A stretch of 64,000 nucleotides of DNA from Alphaproteobacteria bacterium (GTDB lineage Bacteria > Pseudomonadota > Alphaproteobacteria > CADEGL01), in assembly GCA_026400755.1 (NCBI GenBank), contig JAPLOM010000008.1, positions 12,806-76,805 of the forward strand. The letters run 5' to 3'. Positions within the stretch are counted from its first letter, which is position 1. Each line of letters opens with the position of its first letter. A program made the translations under genes and the position numbers. Below are positions 62,499 through 64,000 of this stretch, piece after piece. Under the pieces are notes generated by a model, which was not told where the DNA came from, searched no databases, and was given only the letters and a program-made list of their open reading frames with translations.

Positions 62499-62987
62499 CT
62501 AGCGCTTCGCCAACTTGTCGAGCGGATAGCCCGCGAACTGCTTCACCGGCTCGATGACGACGTAGCTGAAATACTGGCCGATCGCGAGGCGGCCCTGGAT
62601 CAGCTTTTCGCTCAACGCCTGATAACTGGCGATATCCGCGCAGACGAACTTCAACAGATAGTCGAAGCCGCCGCCCATCTTATGGGCCTCGACGATCTCC
62701 GGCACCGCGCGGATGGCTTTCTCGAAGCGGGTGAAGCTGTCACGCCCGTGGCCGCGCAAGGTCACCTGCGCGAAAACGGTGACGTGCTCGCCGAGCCGCG
62801 CCAGGTCGATCTCGGCGCCGTAGCGGCGGATATAGCCGGCCTGCTCCAGCCGCTTCAGCCGCTCCAGGCACGGCGACGGCGTCAGGCCCACGGCGTCGGC
62901 CAGCTTCACGTTCGGGATGCGCCCGTCGAGCTGGAGGGTGGACAGGATCCGGAGGTCGATCCGGTCGAGCTTGTGGTTACGCGCCAT
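62499..62987 (-). CDS. Lrp/AsnC-family transcriptional regulator
   Basis: Start at MARNHKLDRIDLRILSTLQLDGR (ATG 62987-62985). HTH plus RAM domain. Confidence 0.88.
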   Translation of the reverse strand: MARNHKLDRIDLRILSTLQLDGRIPNVKLADAVGLTPSPCLERLKRLEQAGYIRRYGAEIDLARLGEHVTVFAQVTLRGHGRDSFTRFEKAIRAVPEIVEAHKMGGGFDYLLKFVCADIASYQALSEKLIQGRLAIGQYFSYVVIEPVKQFAGYPLDKLAKR

Positions 62988-63053
62988 GGGACTTGCCCTT
63001 TCTGTTCCGTCGCGCCGGTACACGGCGCGGCGGAAGCCGCGGGGTGTCCAGCC

Positions 63054-63539
63054 TTAAGTGGAATACGCCTTTTGGGGAAAACCGATGCTGCGCCCGGCTT
63101 GCGCCGGTCGCGGCAGGTTCGCCTGGGCGACGGACATCGTTTCGAGACGCGCGACGATCTCGGCCGGATAGGGCACGGAACGCCGCTCGGCCAGACTGAC
63201 GTGGAGGTACATCACTTCGTTGGTGGCCGCGAGATAGCCTTTGTCGACGTTATGCATCGAGAAAAACGCGCGCGTGCGCTTCGGGTCATAGCCCAGAAGC
63301 TGGCCGGTGAAGCGCAGCGTGTCGCCCTCGACCACCTCGCGCAGGAAGTTGATATGCGATTCCAGCGCGAACTGGGCGTGGTTGGTGCGTGCGCGGTAAG
63401 GGCCGGACAGATCGAGATGCTGGAAGAAGTCGCTGGCCGCGTATTCGAACGCCAGCTGGTAATAGCCAATGTTCATGTGACCGCTGTAGTCGATCCACGC
63501 GGGGGGCACGATCTGGTCTTTGCATTCGAAAAGCGACAT
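63054..63539 (-). CDS. hot-dog fold thioesterase (4HBT/YbgC-like)
   Basis: Start at MSLFECKDQIVPPAWIDYSGHMNIGYYQLAFE (ATG 63539-63537), about 161 aa. The first 36 codons of the track ORF are treated as artefact. Confidence 0.65.
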   Translation of the reverse strand: MSLFECKDQIVPPAWIDYSGHMNIGYYQLAFEYAASDFFQHLDLSGPYRARTNHAQFALESHINFLREVVEGDTLRFTGQLLGYDPKRTRAFFSMHNVDKGYLAATNEVMYLHVSLAERRSVPYPAEIVARLETMSVAQANLPRPAQAGRSIGFPQKAYST

Positions 63540-63646
63540 GGCGGCGCACTCTAAGAGAGCGGCCGCCGCGCCGTAAAGCGGAGTCTGGGTTGTGAGGGCC
63601 CCGCATCCCGGCCAGTATGGCGGTCCCACGAAAATGGAAGCCGCCA

Positions 63647-64000
63647 TGACCGCTCAAACCCGCGCCGACATTCCCGTTCTTGCCGACGATCCGGTGCGCA
63701 ACCACCCGACGCGCGGCGAGCAGCTGGACATCCTGACCACGCTGGCGACCGCTTGGACCAAGGACGGCGACGCCGTGCTCGACCTGGGCGTGGGGGTCGG
63801 CTACGTCGCGCGCATGCTCTTGGAAAAGCGGCCGGGCGTGCGCCTGGTGGGCGTGGACCTCAAGCCCGAATCCCTGGCCAAAGCGCGCGAGACGCTGGCG
63901 CCCCTGTCGCCCGGCATTACGTTGGTCGAAGGCGATCTGGGCGCGATCGAGAACCTGTCCGTGCCCGCCGGCCCCTATGCCTGCGCCTTCACCATCCTGA
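63647..64000 (+). CDS. class I SAM-dependent methyltransferase (5' part; continues past window end)
   Basis: VLDLGVGVGYVARMLL is SAM-binding motif I. No stop before position 64000. Confidence 0.65.

Overview
High-GC alphaproteobacterial chromosomal segment, densely packed with core-metabolism genes. Spacers are mostly 0-250 nt, and many neighbours overlap in ATGA/TGATG/GTGA fashion. Recognised blocks are listed below.

- TCA cluster on the minus strand: mdh-sucC-sucD-sucA-sucB-lpdA.
- Small accessory block: AMP-ligase + citryl-CoA-lyase-like genes, convergent on an RraA-like/SDR pair that sits downstream of a LysR regulator. The LysR is divergent from a sulfonate-type ABC transporter plus OsmC.
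- sdhCDAB, followed by rnk.
- A 1.2 kb ORF-free, hairpin-dense region, then a citE-like lyase.
- pdxY, a LysE-family exporter, and asd-leuBDC.
- rplS-trmD-rimM-rpsP preceded by ffh.
- A three-gene operon: CGNR zinc-finger protein plus two secreted pentapeptide-repeat paralogs.
- A dcd-like gene, then a dapA-like gene upstream of dapF-mtaB-ftsY.
- A run of DMT/EamA transporters and small enzymes: VOC, epimerase, NUDIX, SMP-30, PQQ-sugar dehydrogenase.
- pgk, divergent from fprA-korA-korB.
- A DMGDH-like/EamA/MaoC operon.
- A minus-strand thioesterase-lrp-rocD-amidinotransferase operon.
- A partial methyltransferase at the window end.

No rRNA, tRNA, CRISPR array, IS element or integrase was recognised. 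The most unusual locus is the 1.2 kb structured non-coding stretch at about 22.3-23.46 kb, sitting between two convergent genes.
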